DNA from: a virus
Taxonomy: Duplodnaviria > Caudoviricetes
Virus record (IMG/VR): IMGVR_UViG_3300003541_000005
Coordinates: 1-52,088 of that record
Strand: one strand, 5' to 3'
DNA: 52,088 nt
Shown here: piece by piece, positions 19,028 to 27,961 of the stretch
Numbering within the stretch: position 1 is the stretch's first letter
Layout: each line of letters begins with the position of its first letter
The notes under the pieces: model-generated
Told to the model about the DNA's origin: nothing
The model's input: only the letters and a program-made list of their open reading frames with translations
The model's database searches: none
Translations under genes and position numbers: made by a program

Positions 19028-19257
19028 CAAAAAACAATCTCCGAATAGGCCCCAAGGCCAAGTGTAGGCCAGCACCGCATAAGCGATTCCGATACGGCGC
19101 GCGCGTTTGCCGCTTCCGTCCAATTCCCCTCCTGGGCGTGCAGCGCAACGTCCGTGCATGCCTTGCGGAAGGTGTTCCTGATGGCGTCCGCCTCCCACAG
19201 GGCCATGCCTTTCGGGAGTTCGCAAACTTGGAGCTTTGGTTTTTCTTCTATTTCCAC
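19027..19257 (-). CDS. Hypothetical protein
   Basis: 76 aa, follows the E2-like gene after 8 nt. Confidence 0.5.
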   Translation of the reverse strand: MEIEEKPKLQVCELPKGMALWEADAIRNTFRKACTDVALHAQEGNWTEAANARAVSESLMRCWPTLGLGAYSEIVF

Positions 19258-19265
19258 CGTTCCCC

Positions 19266-20867
19266 CTAAAATCTATTCGCCACCTGTAAGGCTTCGGTTT
19301 CCTGAAGCTCAAGAGCTAGCTTCTGTGTAAGCATCACGTCGCCAGTAACTAAGCCACCTTTCGGAACAAAACACCACCCACAAACCTTCCTGCCCCTCCC
19401 GTCCATTTCGTCAATATTCATCTGGCGGCCTGTCCGTATGCGGTATGTCTTCCCGGAGCGGCCTCCCCGCACCTCAAAGAACCCGCGCTGGTCGAGCGAC
19501 GCCAACTGTTCGGCGTTCAGGCTCTCGCGCAAGACGCGCATGCCCTTCTGCTCAGCCGCCGCGACGCCATTGTCCCATCGCCCAAGGAACTCCCCGGCGA
19601 AGTCGTTCCGCGCCGCCGCCCGATAGCGATATGCCCACACGGCTGTTTCGTCTGGTCCGTCGGCGAAATCGATGCCCATTACCCTCTGGACGCTTTCCAG
19701 ATACGAATCGACGCCCATCATCCTCTGAACGCTTTCCAGATACGGATTGACGCGCTCCCGGACCATTTGCAACTGGGCCTGCCCCTGGGCGTCCTGAAGC
19801 TGCTGGGCGTAGATGCGCATTCCCTGCATGTCCTGCTGCATGTGCGCGGCGCCATATAGGTTCCGCGCCTGGGCAAGGCTCATGGACTGATGTTCAACAA
19901 AATCCATGGCGCGCTGGCGAGCAAGGCTCTCCTGATACGCCGTGACGCCGCCATAGGCCCCACCGCCGCCGCCCGCCGACATGAGGGGAGCGCCCCTCAT
20001 TGCGTTGAGCGTCATGCGCGCCATGTCCTGATTCATGTGCTCTTGCAGACGCCCAAGCCCTTGGCTCATTTGACGCTGTAGCGCCGCCCGTTCCCCGTCG
20101 GAGAGGTTGGCCACCGTCCCGGCGAGTTCCTCTGTCAGCGACGCCTCTGTCGTCGTGTGCGTCATCAGGTAAATCGGCTCTTGGCGCGGCGCCGACCGCC
20201 CAGGCGTGGGGTTCCTGCGAAACACCGCGTCAATGAATCGCCCCGGGTCCGGGACAAGGTTGGCTGCCTGACGAATCATGGTCGCAAGGTTTTGCATGCG
20301 GGCGTTGACGGTCGAGCGTCCGCGCGACTCCTCATAGTCGTGAATGGCCCCCCAGAGGTCCGCGTCCGAGCGGTAGACGAGATGGAACGAATCCAGGTGC
20401 GGAGCCCAGGCCCAAGTGTTTCCCCGATGGCGGCGCTCATAGAAGCCGTCTATGGCCTCCTGAAGCCGTCGATGAAACTCTTCCGGGTCCAGGGATTCAT
20501 GAAGCGTCGCGCTCATCCGAGCGGCCATGCGCGCCTCTGCGAAGAAGCGGTGCGTCTTCTCCTGGACGAGGGCGAAATATTCACGCTCCCATAGCTCATG
20601 CGCCATGCGCAACGATACGTGGCTCCCCAGGTTGCCCATGACGTTGCAGTCTTCGGCCATCGTCAGCGTAAGCATCTCACGGCCATCCATGAGAAATTCT
20701 ATGCGATAACGAAGGCGATAGTCGTCCCGGTAGGCTTCTACATGGACGGGAGGGGGCAGGAGGCGGCCTTCGTCCCAACGTTCGGCCATGAAGCCGTAAA
20801 AGCCCTGTCGAATACCGTGCTCAAGGGCCTGCAACGCCACCTCATCGTGTCGAAAGCCGCCTGCCAT
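19266..20867 (-). CDS. Large protein with C-terminal Cys-containing, putatively E2/UBC-like domain
   Basis: 533 aa from ATG 20867; last ~100 aa read helix, FFEVRG, TYRIR, NIDEMD, VCGWCFVP, GDVMLTQKLALE, EALQVAN. The CDS is well supported; the fold is inference. Confidence 0.6.
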   Translation of the reverse strand: MAGGFRHDEVALQALEHGIRQGFYGFMAERWDEGRLLPPPVHVEAYRDDYRLRYRIEFLMDGREMLTLTMAEDCNVMGNLGSHVSLRMAHELWEREYFALVQEKTHRFFAEARMAARMSATLHESLDPEEFHRRLQEAIDGFYERRHRGNTWAWAPHLDSFHLVYRSDADLWGAIHDYEESRGRSTVNARMQNLATMIRQAANLVPDPGRFIDAVFRRNPTPGRSAPRQEPIYLMTHTTTEASLTEELAGTVANLSDGERAALQRQMSQGLGRLQEHMNQDMARMTLNAMRGAPLMSAGGGGGAYGGVTAYQESLARQRAMDFVEHQSMSLAQARNLYGAAHMQQDMQGMRIYAQQLQDAQGQAQLQMVRERVNPYLESVQRMMGVDSYLESVQRVMGIDFADGPDETAVWAYRYRAAARNDFAGEFLGRWDNGVAAAEQKGMRVLRESLNAEQLASLDQRGFFEVRGGRSGKTYRIRTGRQMNIDEMDGRGRKVCGWCFVPKGGLVTGDVMLTQKLALELQETEALQVANRF

Positions 20868-20868
20868 G

Positions 20869-21090
20869 TCAGCCTCCGATAAGCTGGGGATGCATCGTGA
20901 TGCGGGTCGCGGAACGGTCGAAGGCTTTGATGACTTTCCCGGCCCCAATCACCGAATTGTCCACCGCCCAGTAGCCTTTTTTCGTCATCGACTCGAAGGC
21001 TTCCATGCAGCGCGCCACGGAGTCCGCGTCGTCTGGCGTGAAGTCATGGCGGGTGTCTCCGGTGTTATCCAGAATGATAAGTTGACTCAT
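20869..21090 (-). CDS. Putative ubiquitin-like (beta-grasp) protein ending in Gly-Gly
   Basis: 73 aa; predicted beta-beta-alpha-beta-beta-beta order; C-terminus HPQLIGG; SD AGGAG. Confidence 0.6.
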   Translation of the reverse strand: MSQLIILDNTGDTRHDFTPDDADSVARCMEAFESMTKKGYWAVDNSVIGAGKVIKAFDRSATRITMHPQLIGG

Positions 21091-21101
21091 AGTGCTAGCT
21101 C

Positions 21102-21422
21102 CTATGCCCAGCCAACAAGGCCGGTTTTTCTCCAGATGTTCGTCATAACCCTGTAGGTGATGGAGAACAGCATCGGCGATTTAGCCGCCTCCTCCAGTTC
21201 TTCCCGCGTGGGGGCGCGCAACGTCCCCATCTTGGGCGAGATAAGATTGACCGCGCTACATTCGTCGCAAACAGTCACATCGCCTTCGTGAAGGCCATCC
21301 TTCTCCGTCCAGCTTGTTTCCGCCCCGCAAGCGAAACAATTAGCGGTCATCATCACCGTCATGCGCAGCGCCTCTTTTTGTAAGGTCCGGGTTTCTTGCG
21401 CGGTTTCTTTGTCAGTGTCCAA
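21102..21422 (-). CDS. Zinc-ribbon protein
   Basis: CFACG...GDVTVCDEC. Confidence 0.55.
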   Translation of the reverse strand: MDTDKETAQETRTLQKEALRMTVMMTANCFACGAETSWTEKDGLHEGDVTVCDECSAVNLISPKMGTLRAPTREELEEAAKSPMLFSITYRVMTNIWRKTGLVGWA

Positions 21423-22054
21423 TCAGGGGACTTTGTGTAGACAATCCGCACGACGGTTCCCAGGGTAACGCCCACCTTGGCGGCGGTCTCGCGTAAACCA
21501 AGCGTGCCACTGAAAAACAGGTCGCGTATCTGGTCCGCCTGGGCTTCGGTGTATTTTACAGGCATTCCATGAAGCGGTGTGTGCTCACGACAGCAAAAAT
21601 GACGATTCGCTGAGGGCAGGACGTTCTCACAACCTGGATGCTCACAGTAACGAGGCTCACTCCTTGGGATAGGCGGTTTTCCGTTGGCCTTCTCCGCGCG
21701 GCGAGCTTCATTGTATTCCTGCCTATGCTTTCCACTACAGAACAGTTTATTTTGCAGTCTTCCCCGCGTCGCCAGTGGAATGAATCCGCCGCAATGCCTG
21801 CACTTCATGTCAGTGTATTCGAGCACGGAATTCTTTATTCTGATGTACTCAAGCCTGTGTTCTTTGCTACAAAATGACCTTTGCGTGCGCGTTAGCTGTG
21901 CTCCACAGTGAAGGCATTTCCGGCCATCGTTGGCGGCTACGGACCTTGACCGGCTAAAGTCCCTGAAATGCTGTCTACTGCAAAAATTCTTCTGCGTCGG
22001 TTTCGTCAGCGCATCGCCGCAGTGAAGGCAAACACGTTTCTCTGTCATCCCCAT
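21359..22054 (-). CDS. Tandem zinc-finger + HTH protein
   Basis: Four CxxC...FC(S/C)xxH repeats, then LRETAAKVGVTLGTVVRIV HTH. Confidence 0.75.
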   Translation of the reverse strand: MGMTEKRVCLHCGDALTKPTQKNFCSRQHFRDFSRSRSVAANDGRKCLHCGAQLTRTQRSFCSKEHRLEYIRIKNSVLEYTDMKCRHCGGFIPLATRGRLQNKLFCSGKHRQEYNEARRAEKANGKPPIPRSEPRYCEHPGCENVLPSANRHFCCREHTPLHGMPVKYTEAQADQIRDLFFSGTLGLRETAAKVGVTLGTVVRIVYTKSPDWTLTKKPRKKPGPYKKRRCA

Positions 22055-22103
22055 GGCTCCTTAAAACTTGGGCGTGTGAGGTCTCCCGCACACGCCCATT
22101 GCG

Positions 22104-22295
22104 CTATATGTTTACGCCAGTTCGCCGGACTTGCCCGACGCCCCGGAGTCCCCGGAGCCTTCGCGCCGTATCGCCGGGATATCGGGAGCGGTCGATGTAG
22201 CCGACGCGCTTAAGAAGGATTTCCTTCCCGTTCCGGTCCTTGACTGTCCGGTCCATGTAGTCAACCCGGACTTCCACAAGGGAATGTCTGCTCAT
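22104..22295 (-). CDS. Hypothetical protein
   Basis: 63 aa, ATGA overlap with the upstream gene. Confidence 0.45.
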   Translation of the reverse strand: MSRHSLVEVRVDYMDRTVKDRNGKEILLKRVGYIDRSRYPGDTARRLRGLRGVGQVRRTGVNI

Positions 22296-22516
22296 TCCGT
22301 CCCCTCCACGGCCTCTTCCGCGTCGTCGGCGGCGGGCTTCAGATTCTTCCCGTGGGCGCCGGAGACGGTCAGCACGCCGTTGTCATCGAATGACACATTG
22401 ACGAAACCAACCTTGCTGTTGAGGATAGCCCCCAAAGCCTTACGCGCCATGCCGCCCGCGACCTTCTCGGAAGCGACAATGGAAGTGATAGAGAACGGCG
22501 TTAGTTCTGCGGCCAT
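22292..22516 (-). CDS. Hypothetical protein
   Basis: 74 aa, SD GAGGG, follows the helicase. Confidence 0.55.
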   Translation of the reverse strand: MAAELTPFSITSIVASEKVAGGMARKALGAILNSKVGFVNVSFDDNGVLTVSGAHGKNLKPAADDAEEAVEGTE

Positions 22517-22525
22517 AAGTCCCTC

Positions 22526-23707
22526 TTATTTGATGATAGTCACACGCTCACTTGCACGCGTTATCGCCGTGTAGAGCCACTTATACCTGTCCGCCCGAAA
22601 GGACGCTGACTCGTCTACGACAAAAACGCTTTTCCACTCCGAACCCTGGGCCTTGTGGGCTGTCAGGGCGTAGCCGAAATCAAATTCCTCACGGTCCCGG
22701 CGCCCGTAGAACGGGACAGGTTGGCCCAGGAAAATTTCCCGGTGCGCAATCACGGTGCGGTCAATCCCGCCATCGTCGGGCCGAATGACCATCTCCAGGG
22801 AATCCCCGTCGTCAATGGCGCTGACCACGGTGAACAGCATTCCATTCAGGAGCCCTGCTTCGTGGTTGTTCCGCAGACACACAATGCGGTCTTCAGCCGT
22901 TGGCATGACGCCTTTGCGGCCAAGCTGCGCCCGCATGTTGATATTTCCGCTGATGCGGGTCTTATTCTTCCCGACCAAGACTTGGTCGTGACTCAGTCCG
23001 TTGCGGTCCCGTGGGCAATCCCGCGCGCTGGTCACGAGGCTGTCCCCGTATTGCCCAGGGGAAAGGTCTCCCCCCTCCCGCACCCGCGTCGCGAGCTGCA
23101 ACACTGGGCTTTCGAGCGCGGTGCGGTGCACCTCGGTCAAAAGAACATCAGGATCGTTCTGGTCGAAGTATCCCACGCCCTTCACGGGAGGGAGCTGAAA
23201 GGGGTCTCCGAGAGCCAGGATTGGCGTTTTGAAATACGCCAAGTCATGGCCGACCTGTTGGTCAATCATTGAGCATTCGTCAATAATCACAAGGTCCGCG
23301 TCCCTGATGGGAGAGAACTCGTTAAGGGAGAACCCTGGCTTGCTGTGCTCCGCCTGTTCTTCGCCCAGGCGCTTCTGAAGAATACGCAGCTTCTCCGGGT
23401 CTTCTGTCTCTTTGATAAGGGCCTCCAGGTCCATGATTTTCTTCTTGGACTTGTCCTTTACCTTATAGAGCAGGGAGTGGACCGTAGACGCGCCCTCGCA
23501 ACCCTTGGACCGCATCACGAGCGCAGCCTTTCCGGTGTAGGCTCCGTATAGCACAGTACCTGAAATCATCTGACGAAGCTCTTTGGCCAGGGAGGTCTTC
23601 CCCGTACCCGCCGCACCAAACAACCTAAAGACCTCCCCGTGGGGATTTCCACTAAACCACCGACCAAACTGAGTAAGCGCGGCGTCCTGCTGTGGCGACC
23701 ATTGCAT
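22526..23707 (-). CDS. SF1 helicase, RecD/Dda-like
   Basis: GAAGTGKT, YTGKAA, IIDECSM, GDPFQLPPV, YALTAHKAQGSEW and LYTAITRA motifs. Confidence 0.92.
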   Translation of the reverse strand: MQWSPQQDAALTQFGRWFSGNPHGEVFRLFGAAGTGKTSLAKELRQMISGTVLYGAYTGKAALVMRSKGCEGASTVHSLLYKVKDKSKKKIMDLEALIKETEDPEKLRILQKRLGEEQAEHSKPGFSLNEFSPIRDADLVIIDECSMIDQQVGHDLAYFKTPILALGDPFQLPPVKGVGYFDQNDPDVLLTEVHRTALESPVLQLATRVREGGDLSPGQYGDSLVTSARDCPRDRNGLSHDQVLVGKNKTRISGNINMRAQLGRKGVMPTAEDRIVCLRNNHEAGLLNGMLFTVVSAIDDGDSLEMVIRPDDGGIDRTVIAHREIFLGQPVPFYGRRDREEFDFGYALTAHKAQGSEWKSVFVVDESASFRADRYKWLYTAITRASERVTIIK

Positions 23708-23728
23708 GGCTATTCCCTCTGATTGAAA

Positions 23729-24105
23729 TCCCGACTGCTAAACCGACATAAAGCAGTCGGGACGATAAACGAATAGAGAGCGGGAAGGACTTTCACCTTC
23801 AGTTGCTAGGCTTGTTTCCATAGATGCTCAGAACGTCTTCCGAACTGGTGATATTAGCCTTCTGCCAAGCTTGTGCAACACAAGCAATTACTGGCCGGTC
23901 TCGCGGTTCTCTTCCGCAGTCCGCTCTCTATACTCGGTGCACGCCCTTTATGATGAGGCGCGTCTACCACCGAATTCTTCTCTCTTGGTCTGGGCGCCAG
24001 CTCTTCGGCTTTCGCCGGAGGGATACATCAGATGTCGGGCTGACGGAGCTATGCGCCCAGGCCAAGGGAGAAGACGGGAGAGGCCGAAGCCTCCCCCACC
24101 CCCGC
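23729..24105 (-). ncRNA. Putative array of structured RNAs
   Basis: Consecutive stems 23729-23762, 23774-23930, ~23934-23974, 23976-24074 (with GAAA tetraloop) and a TTCG hairpin near 24075-24100. Confidence 0.55.
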
Positions 24106-24107
24106 CA

Positions 24108-25016
24108 TCAAAACGGGATTTCGTTTCCTTCGTCTCCGCCGCCAGCAACTTCGGCGTCAACAGTTCCGCCGCCAGCGCCACCCAGACTTTCAACGTTGGC
24201 CTTAATAGCGCCGTCCTTGAAAGCTTCATTCATCATTGCAGCAGACTGAAACAACTCAGAGCTGGTCATGAGACGAGAAGCCGCCTCGTTGCCCTTGCCG
24301 AGAGAGAATTTCAGGTTGTAGTAGCTGCCTTTTGAGTTCTTCTGGCCTTCTGTGTTTAAGCGCCAGATGTGGGAGAACAGGGGAAGCGTTGCGCGCAGTC
24401 CAGGTATACGCATAATCTTCTTACGAGAATGCCACGCCTTGAAGACTTTAATCTTCGTGCTTGTAAAGGCAACAATAGCCTGTTCAAACTCTCCGGTAAT
24501 CTCGTCAACATTCAGGCCATAGACATAATACGTTTCAATGAGGTCGTTATCCCCCATCTTGAACTTACCGAAATCCTGGTTCTGAATGATGGACATGACA
24601 TGGCGGTCTGTGGGAAGGTGCTGCCCAACATATCCGCCGCCGTTGTCACGGGTCTTCCACTCAACGTATAGGTGCTGAGTGGTCGCCGGAACAAAGAGCA
24701 CGCCCGGCTTGTTCTTGTTGCCGTCGGCCTCGTACAGGCGGCCTGTCACCGTGTTGATAATCATTCCCGCTCTGGGAGCAACCATCGTTCCGTTGACCTC
24801 AACCTCTTCTCCGGCCTCTACGGCGACGGAGTTGGATTGAAGGACATGCAGGAAGGGAACAGCAAAGTCTTCGGAGGTGGAATTCTCGAAACCAGCGCCC
24901 GCATAGTCACCATAATCGTATTCAGCCGGAACTGAATGGGCTTTTACAGTGGCTACGCTTGTGTTGGCAACGGCTTCAATCTCGGCTTCGTCGGTGTTCG
25001 TTTTGGCTTTAGCCAT
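24108..25016 (-). CDS. Single-stranded DNA-binding protein (putative)
   Basis: GAGFEN..EDFAVPFLHVLQSNS, YVEW, KNSKGSYY motifs; acidic tail DEGNEIPF. Confidence 0.7.
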   Translation of the reverse strand: MAKAKTNTDEAEIEAVANTSVATVKAHSVPAEYDYGDYAGAGFENSTSEDFAVPFLHVLQSNSVAVEAGEEVEVNGTMVAPRAGMIINTVTGRLYEADGNKNKPGVLFVPATTQHLYVEWKTRDNGGGYVGQHLPTDRHVMSIIQNQDFGKFKMGDNDLIETYYVYGLNVDEITGEFEQAIVAFTSTKIKVFKAWHSRKKIMRIPGLRATLPLFSHIWRLNTEGQKNSKGSYYNLKFSLGKGNEAASRLMTSSELFQSAAMMNEAFKDGAIKANVESLGGAGGGTVDAEVAGGGDEGNEIPF

Positions 25017-25070
25017 GTGTTTTCATCCTTACGTTTAGTTTTTCTTCATCATCGTCTAGACCAGAAGCCG

Positions 25071-25745
25071 TTACTTTTTCTTTCGCGTCTTCTTCGTCTT
25101 GGCCTTCACTATAACAGCCTTGCGGCGGTGGAAAAGCCCAATCAGTTGTGCGGGCGTCCGTTCGTCGTTCCGTTCCTTCATCGCTTCGCTGCGCTCGTTG
25201 AGGTCCGTCCCGGCCTCCAGGAGTTCACGAGCCAGAGCTGAAAGCGTCTGTGCGTGAACGGTCGATTCGTCCGTAGGCGCATAGCCCAGGGCCTTCAGTT
25301 CGGCCATGCGTTTCTTCACATCGGCGGGCGACGTTCCCTTGTCGAGCGGGAGAGAGACTTCCCACTTAATGACGCCGGAGTGACCCTTCTCGATAAGCCA
25401 GTCCAGGGCGGCTTGGCGGCGCTCCTTGGTGATGTTCGCCTTGACGTCGCTGACAACGTTCACCTCACTTCCGTCCTTCAACCCGAAAAACGGGACTTCC
25501 GCCTCGTCCATCAGGTCAGGAATCAGCTTGTATTGAGCTAAGAAAACAAGCCCCTTCACGTAGACAAGCTGTTCCTCGACGGCAGTCTGTAATCGCTCCG
25601 CCAAGTCAAGGGCCTGTCCAAGAACAGCTAGCTTTTTAAGCGTGTCTTTCTGCTTCTCCACGCTATCGAACTGCTCTTTAACAATCTTTATGAATTTAGA
25701 GCCGTTAACGTATTGCGCGGCTGATGGTATCTCTTCGTATTCCAT
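25071..25745 (-). CDS. Conserved replication-module protein
   Basis: LIPDLMDE...ALDWL..GH.GVIK...VHAQTL.A motif; neighbour of SSB. Confidence 0.65.
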   Translation of the reverse strand: MEYEEIPSAAQYVNGSKFIKIVKEQFDSVEKQKDTLKKLAVLGQALDLAERLQTAVEEQLVYVKGLVFLAQYKLIPDLMDEAEVPFFGLKDGSEVNVVSDVKANITKERRQAALDWLIEKGHSGVIKWEVSLPLDKGTSPADVKKRMAELKALGYAPTDESTVHAQTLSALARELLEAGTDLNERSEAMKERNDERTPAQLIGLFHRRKAVIVKAKTKKTRKKK

Positions 25746-25754
25746 TGGTTCCCT

Positions 25755-26123
25755 CTAGTCTCGGAGGACTCCGTCATGTTCCTCTTTTAGCTCAAGTCCG
25801 ACAATCTTGGCTATTTCTCTAAGCTGCTCCTCAGAAACATCGATAGGAACTTGGTGCTTATTGTAAAAATAGTCCCGCACCTGCCTCCAGATAAGGCCCC
25901 TTCTGTTCGCAGCTTCGTAGACCTCCTTTGATACCCAGCAACAGGAACTCTGGCTATAGGAACTATCCAGTCGGCCTGTGTCCAAATAAAAGCGAGAGTT
26001 ACGAACCCACCCGGTATCAATAGTGAAATACTTTCTACCAACCTTGGCAACCGTAGCCACTTGGCCAATACTGCCACGTTCGACATAGTATACTTCGTCT
26101 CCAGCCTTCAGGTTCTTGAACAT
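25755..26123 (-). CDS. Hypothetical protein (SH3-like N-terminus)
   Basis: LKAGDEVYY..ATVAKVGRKYF; locally AT-rich. Confidence 0.65.
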   Translation of the reverse strand: MFKNLKAGDEVYYVERGSIGQVATVAKVGRKYFTIDTGWVRNSRFYLDTGRLDSSYSQSSCCWVSKEVYEAANRRGLIWRQVRDYFYNKHQVPIDVSEEQLREIAKIVGLELKEEHDGVLRD

Positions 26124-26183
26124 CTCCCGTTTCTCCGTGGTTTACATCTGCCTGCTAGGGTATAGGGGGATTCGACGGGATGC

Positions 26184-26447
26184 TCAACCCACTTCAATCG
26201 TGCAGTCCGCCGCCCGAATCACGCAATCCGGGTCCGTAACGGCGACGGTAAGCCTGACCTTGGCGGAGCCCGCCTGGGCGAGCGCGTGACGCACGGAGGT
26301 CATAACGGACTGCCTCTGGGCCTCGTCCACCTCATGCCATGCGGGGATGTCGCCCAGAGAGTCCGCCCGACGGATGGCGCCCCAAACATCGGCGCAAAGC
26401 GCCTCGAAACCGCCCATACATCCGGGCGTGTGCTGCTTGAATTCCAT
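26184..26447 (-). CDS. Hypothetical protein
   Basis: Start MEFKQH after SD GGAGA. Confidence 0.5.
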   Translation of the reverse strand: MEFKQHTPGCMGGFEALCADVWGAIRRADSLGDIPAWHEVDEAQRQSVMTSVRHALAQAGSAKVRLTVAVTDPDCVIRAADCTIEVG

Positions 26448-26500
26448 GTTCTCTCCAAATGAAGAAAGGCGCGAGTCCCCCCGCGCCGCTTCGGTCAGTC

Positions 26501-26809
26501 CTATTTTATGTGGGGGTCCCGGCAAGGCCTTGCGCGCGCCGAGCAATGGCCGGTAAGCCGCCGCGCCATATCGCAAGCGACGCGGGCGTCTCTCGCATAT
26601 CCCCACACGGCCCAGGATTCCCCGTCCTGGGCTGCAACCCGTCGGCGCCAAGCGGCTATGGCGCTCTCCCGCGCCAGCTTCGAAGACACGTCCGCGCCGC
26701 CTTCAGCGTACACGGCGGCCTTTCTGCATCGAGGGCTTTCCGCCCATGCCGCCGTCGCCCAGGAGAGCGACAACGACGCGATGGCCACGACGATAAGCAG
26801 CTCCTTCAT
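26501..26809 (-). CDS. Small secreted protein with four Cys
   Basis: Signal peptide ending AWA; AIAAWRRRV..GESWAVWGYARD..C..C.ARARPC. Confidence 0.65.
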   Translation of the reverse strand: MKELLIVVAIASLSLSWATAAWAESPRCRKAAVYAEGGADVSSKLARESAIAAWRRRVAAQDGESWAVWGYARDARVACDMARRLTGHCSARARPCRDPHIK

Positions 26810-27549
26810 TTCGGGCTCTCCCAGGTTATCGATTTCAGCATCGGCGGAACTGGCGTCGGGTCTTCTCCGCCGCCGCAAAGTCCGTCTTCCGAGAAGTATC
26901 CGAGCATTCCGACAACCAGATTTTGAAGCATGGCGTCCGGGTCGAAATCCATGCTCTGGCCGTTCATGGTGGAAGCGCGAATCGCATAGCGCCCCGCCGC
27001 CCGTATCATCTCGGCCAGCTCTCCGCGCCGTGGCCCCATGTGGTCCGCGTGGCGGCCTTCGGAGACTCCTATCCTGAATGGCATGGGCGGCGCGTCGCGT
27101 TCCTCGCTCATCAGCCAATGGTCGTCAGGGAGCGCCATGGACGCCACGGCCATCCCGGAGCCGTCGGGAAGGACAGTCGTCGGGCCAAAGCTCACGTCCT
27201 TCAGGGTGAAGTCCCCGCCGACGGTCGCGTTGATGCTGAGGCTCCCCGGAGGGTTCGCCGGTTCCGCAAGCCTGTCGGCGATGAAGAACTCAATGTCCGA
27301 CGGGCGATAGGCGAAATCGGGGTCTCCCTCGGTCGCCAGCCGCATCGCCACGCACGCCACCTGTTTCAGCTCCATCCAGACGTCCGCCACGGGAGCGCCC
27401 TTGTGGTGATGGTCCAGAAGCGCCATCGCGGCCTCGCCAAGTTCTTCGGTCAGCGCCGTCATCAGGTGTTTGTTGGACGGGAACTTATTCCGGGCGAAGG
27501 TGACTTCACCGCGAACAGCGTGCAGAAAGGCTTCATCGTAAATTGTCAT
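26806..27549 (-). CDS. MazG-like NTP pyrophosphohydrolase fused to an unknown domain
   Basis: LTEELGEAAMALL...WMELKQVACVAMR all-alpha motif in the N-terminal 80 aa. Confidence 0.65.
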   Translation of the reverse strand: MTIYDEAFLHAVRGEVTFARNKFPSNKHLMTALTEELGEAAMALLDHHHKGAPVADVWMELKQVACVAMRLATEGDPDFAYRPSDIEFFIADRLAEPANPPGSLSINATVGGDFTLKDVSFGPTTVLPDGSGMAVASMALPDDHWLMSEERDAPPMPFRIGVSEGRHADHMGPRRGELAEMIRAAGRYAIRASTMNGQSMDFDPDAMLQNLVVGMLGYFSEDGLCGGGEDPTPVPPMLKSITWESPK

Positions 27550-27944
27550 GGTAACTTCTTGGGTTCTTGGGTTGAGTGGAAAAGGACGTTCTTGCGGAAA
27601 TGCATGATGTCGGAATCGCTAAGCTCCGGCTTAAGCCCATATCCCAAGTACGGGCGCGCAAGGCCCATGTATTCCTCTCTTGCTTTTCCTATAAGGGCAA
27701 GAAATCCGAAACTTACGATACCGAACATAGTGAGCATCATTCCGCCCCAAAAGCCAAACCACGGAACGAATAAGACGCCATACGGAATTGAAAGCAGCGA
27801 CGCCATGAACATCACGGAGAATAGAACGCCGCCAACCTTCTGACGAAATAGTATTTTCCGATGACGCTTCAGGCTATCCTTGTGCAATTGGCGAATTTCA
27901 TCTCCGCCGTATTGATAAACATTTAAACTTAGGTCTTCTTCCAT
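27546..27944 (-). CDS. Membrane protein
   Basis: Two hydrophobic helices; SD GAGGAG. Confidence 0.6.
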   Translation of the reverse strand: MEEDLSLNVYQYGGDEIRQLHKDSLKRHRKILFRQKVGGVLFSVMFMASLLSIPYGVLFVPWFGFWGGMMLTMFGIVSFGFLALIGKAREEYMGLARPYLGYGLKPELSDSDIMHFRKNVLFHSTQEPKKLP

Positions 27945-27961
27945 TTTGGGCTCCTCTATAT

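Noticed and set aside
19670-19748. Tandem 13-aa duplication YLESVQR.MG.D in the E2-like gene
   Set aside because: Only two copies; most simply a local slippage duplication.
23976-24074. Hammerhead ribozyme (CTGATG...GAAA), likewise at 37265-37365
   Set aside because: The CUGANGA/GAAA core is not correctly formed and the CTGATG lies within a stem.
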